From NCBI RefSeq assembly GCF_037042905.1, contig NC_087259.1, positions 22,878,001 to 22,942,000 on the forward strand: a DNA stretch of 64,000 nt, in the 5' to 3' direction. The notes under the pieces are model-generated. The model saw nothing but the letters and a program-made list of their open reading frames with translations, was not told where the DNA came from and ran no database searches. Below, piece by piece: positions 63,488 through 64,000 of this stretch (the first letter of the stretch is position 1; every line of letters starts with the position of its first letter). The translations under genes were made by a program, and so were the position numbers. Source of the DNA: Lytechinus pictus (lineage: Eukaryota).

Positions 63488-64000
63488 AGGGATTCTCCGG
63501 GCTGAAAATATTTATATCTGAATAGAGTAAAATTCACAGTAAAATGCCGAAAACTTCATCAAAGTCGGATATCGAAGTTATTGAATTTTAAAGTTTAGAA
63601 ATATTTTGTAAAAAAGAGTTATATGCACGTCGTCATGAATATGCATTAGATGGGCTGATGATGTCACATCCCACTTTCCTTTTTCTTACGTTATTACATG
63701 AAATTATAATTGTTTCATTATTTTCATACATGTTTGATTAATAATTATAATGAAATAAGTTGCAGCAATGAATATCTGATGCACTAAATTAGTTGTCAAT
63801 CCAATCTTTTTAGTTTTTGGAGGAAAGTTTTTAAATAAACCTAATTTCATATACTACAATGCAAAAGAACAAGTGGGGATATATGACATCATCAATTTGC
63901 TCATTGAATATTCATGACGACATGCCTAGAACTGTTTTACCGGAAAATGCATAACTTTATTCCTTGTCCGATCTTGATCAAATTTTCAGTGTTTGTTTCT
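63488..64000. mobile_element. TTAA-type MITE related to 37834-38412, runs off the window
   Basis: TTAA-AGGGATTCTCCGGGCTGAAAAT start, colinear with the other copies. Confidence 0.8.

Overview
This is AT-rich, intron-rich metazoan DNA, and the repeat landscape suggests a sea urchin (inference). Five protein-coding genes could be assembled by hand with GT-AG, phase-consistent splicing. They are a torsin-1-like AAA+ ATPase (+, 5 coding exons, 6548-10794), mitochondrial aspartyl-tRNA synthetase DARS2 (-, 16 exons, 29062-15090), a C11orf98-like small basic protein (-, exon 1 uncertain, ~44103-41688) and two tandem AGPAT1/2-like lysophosphatidic acid acyltransferases (+, 6 exons each, 44825-53473 and 56466-61420). 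Much of the remainder consists of non-autonomous DNA transposons with readable target-site duplications (TA, TTAA, 5, 6, 8 and 9 bp), often nested, plus SINEs, LINE 3' fragments, satellites and one N gap. No transposase ORF was recognised. Four observations stand out. (1) Nested, near-perfect palindromic elements at 0.7-3.7 kb carry promoter-like motifs and outward-facing splice donors. (2) A candidate 7SL (Alu-domain)-headed SINE lies just upstream of DARS2. (3) Tandem partial duplications of DARS2 exon 5 create in-frame 42-nt candidate microexons. (4) A 5.6-kb TU-like foldback element shows three-level nesting. All calls were made by eye and from recalled family motifs; no searches were run.
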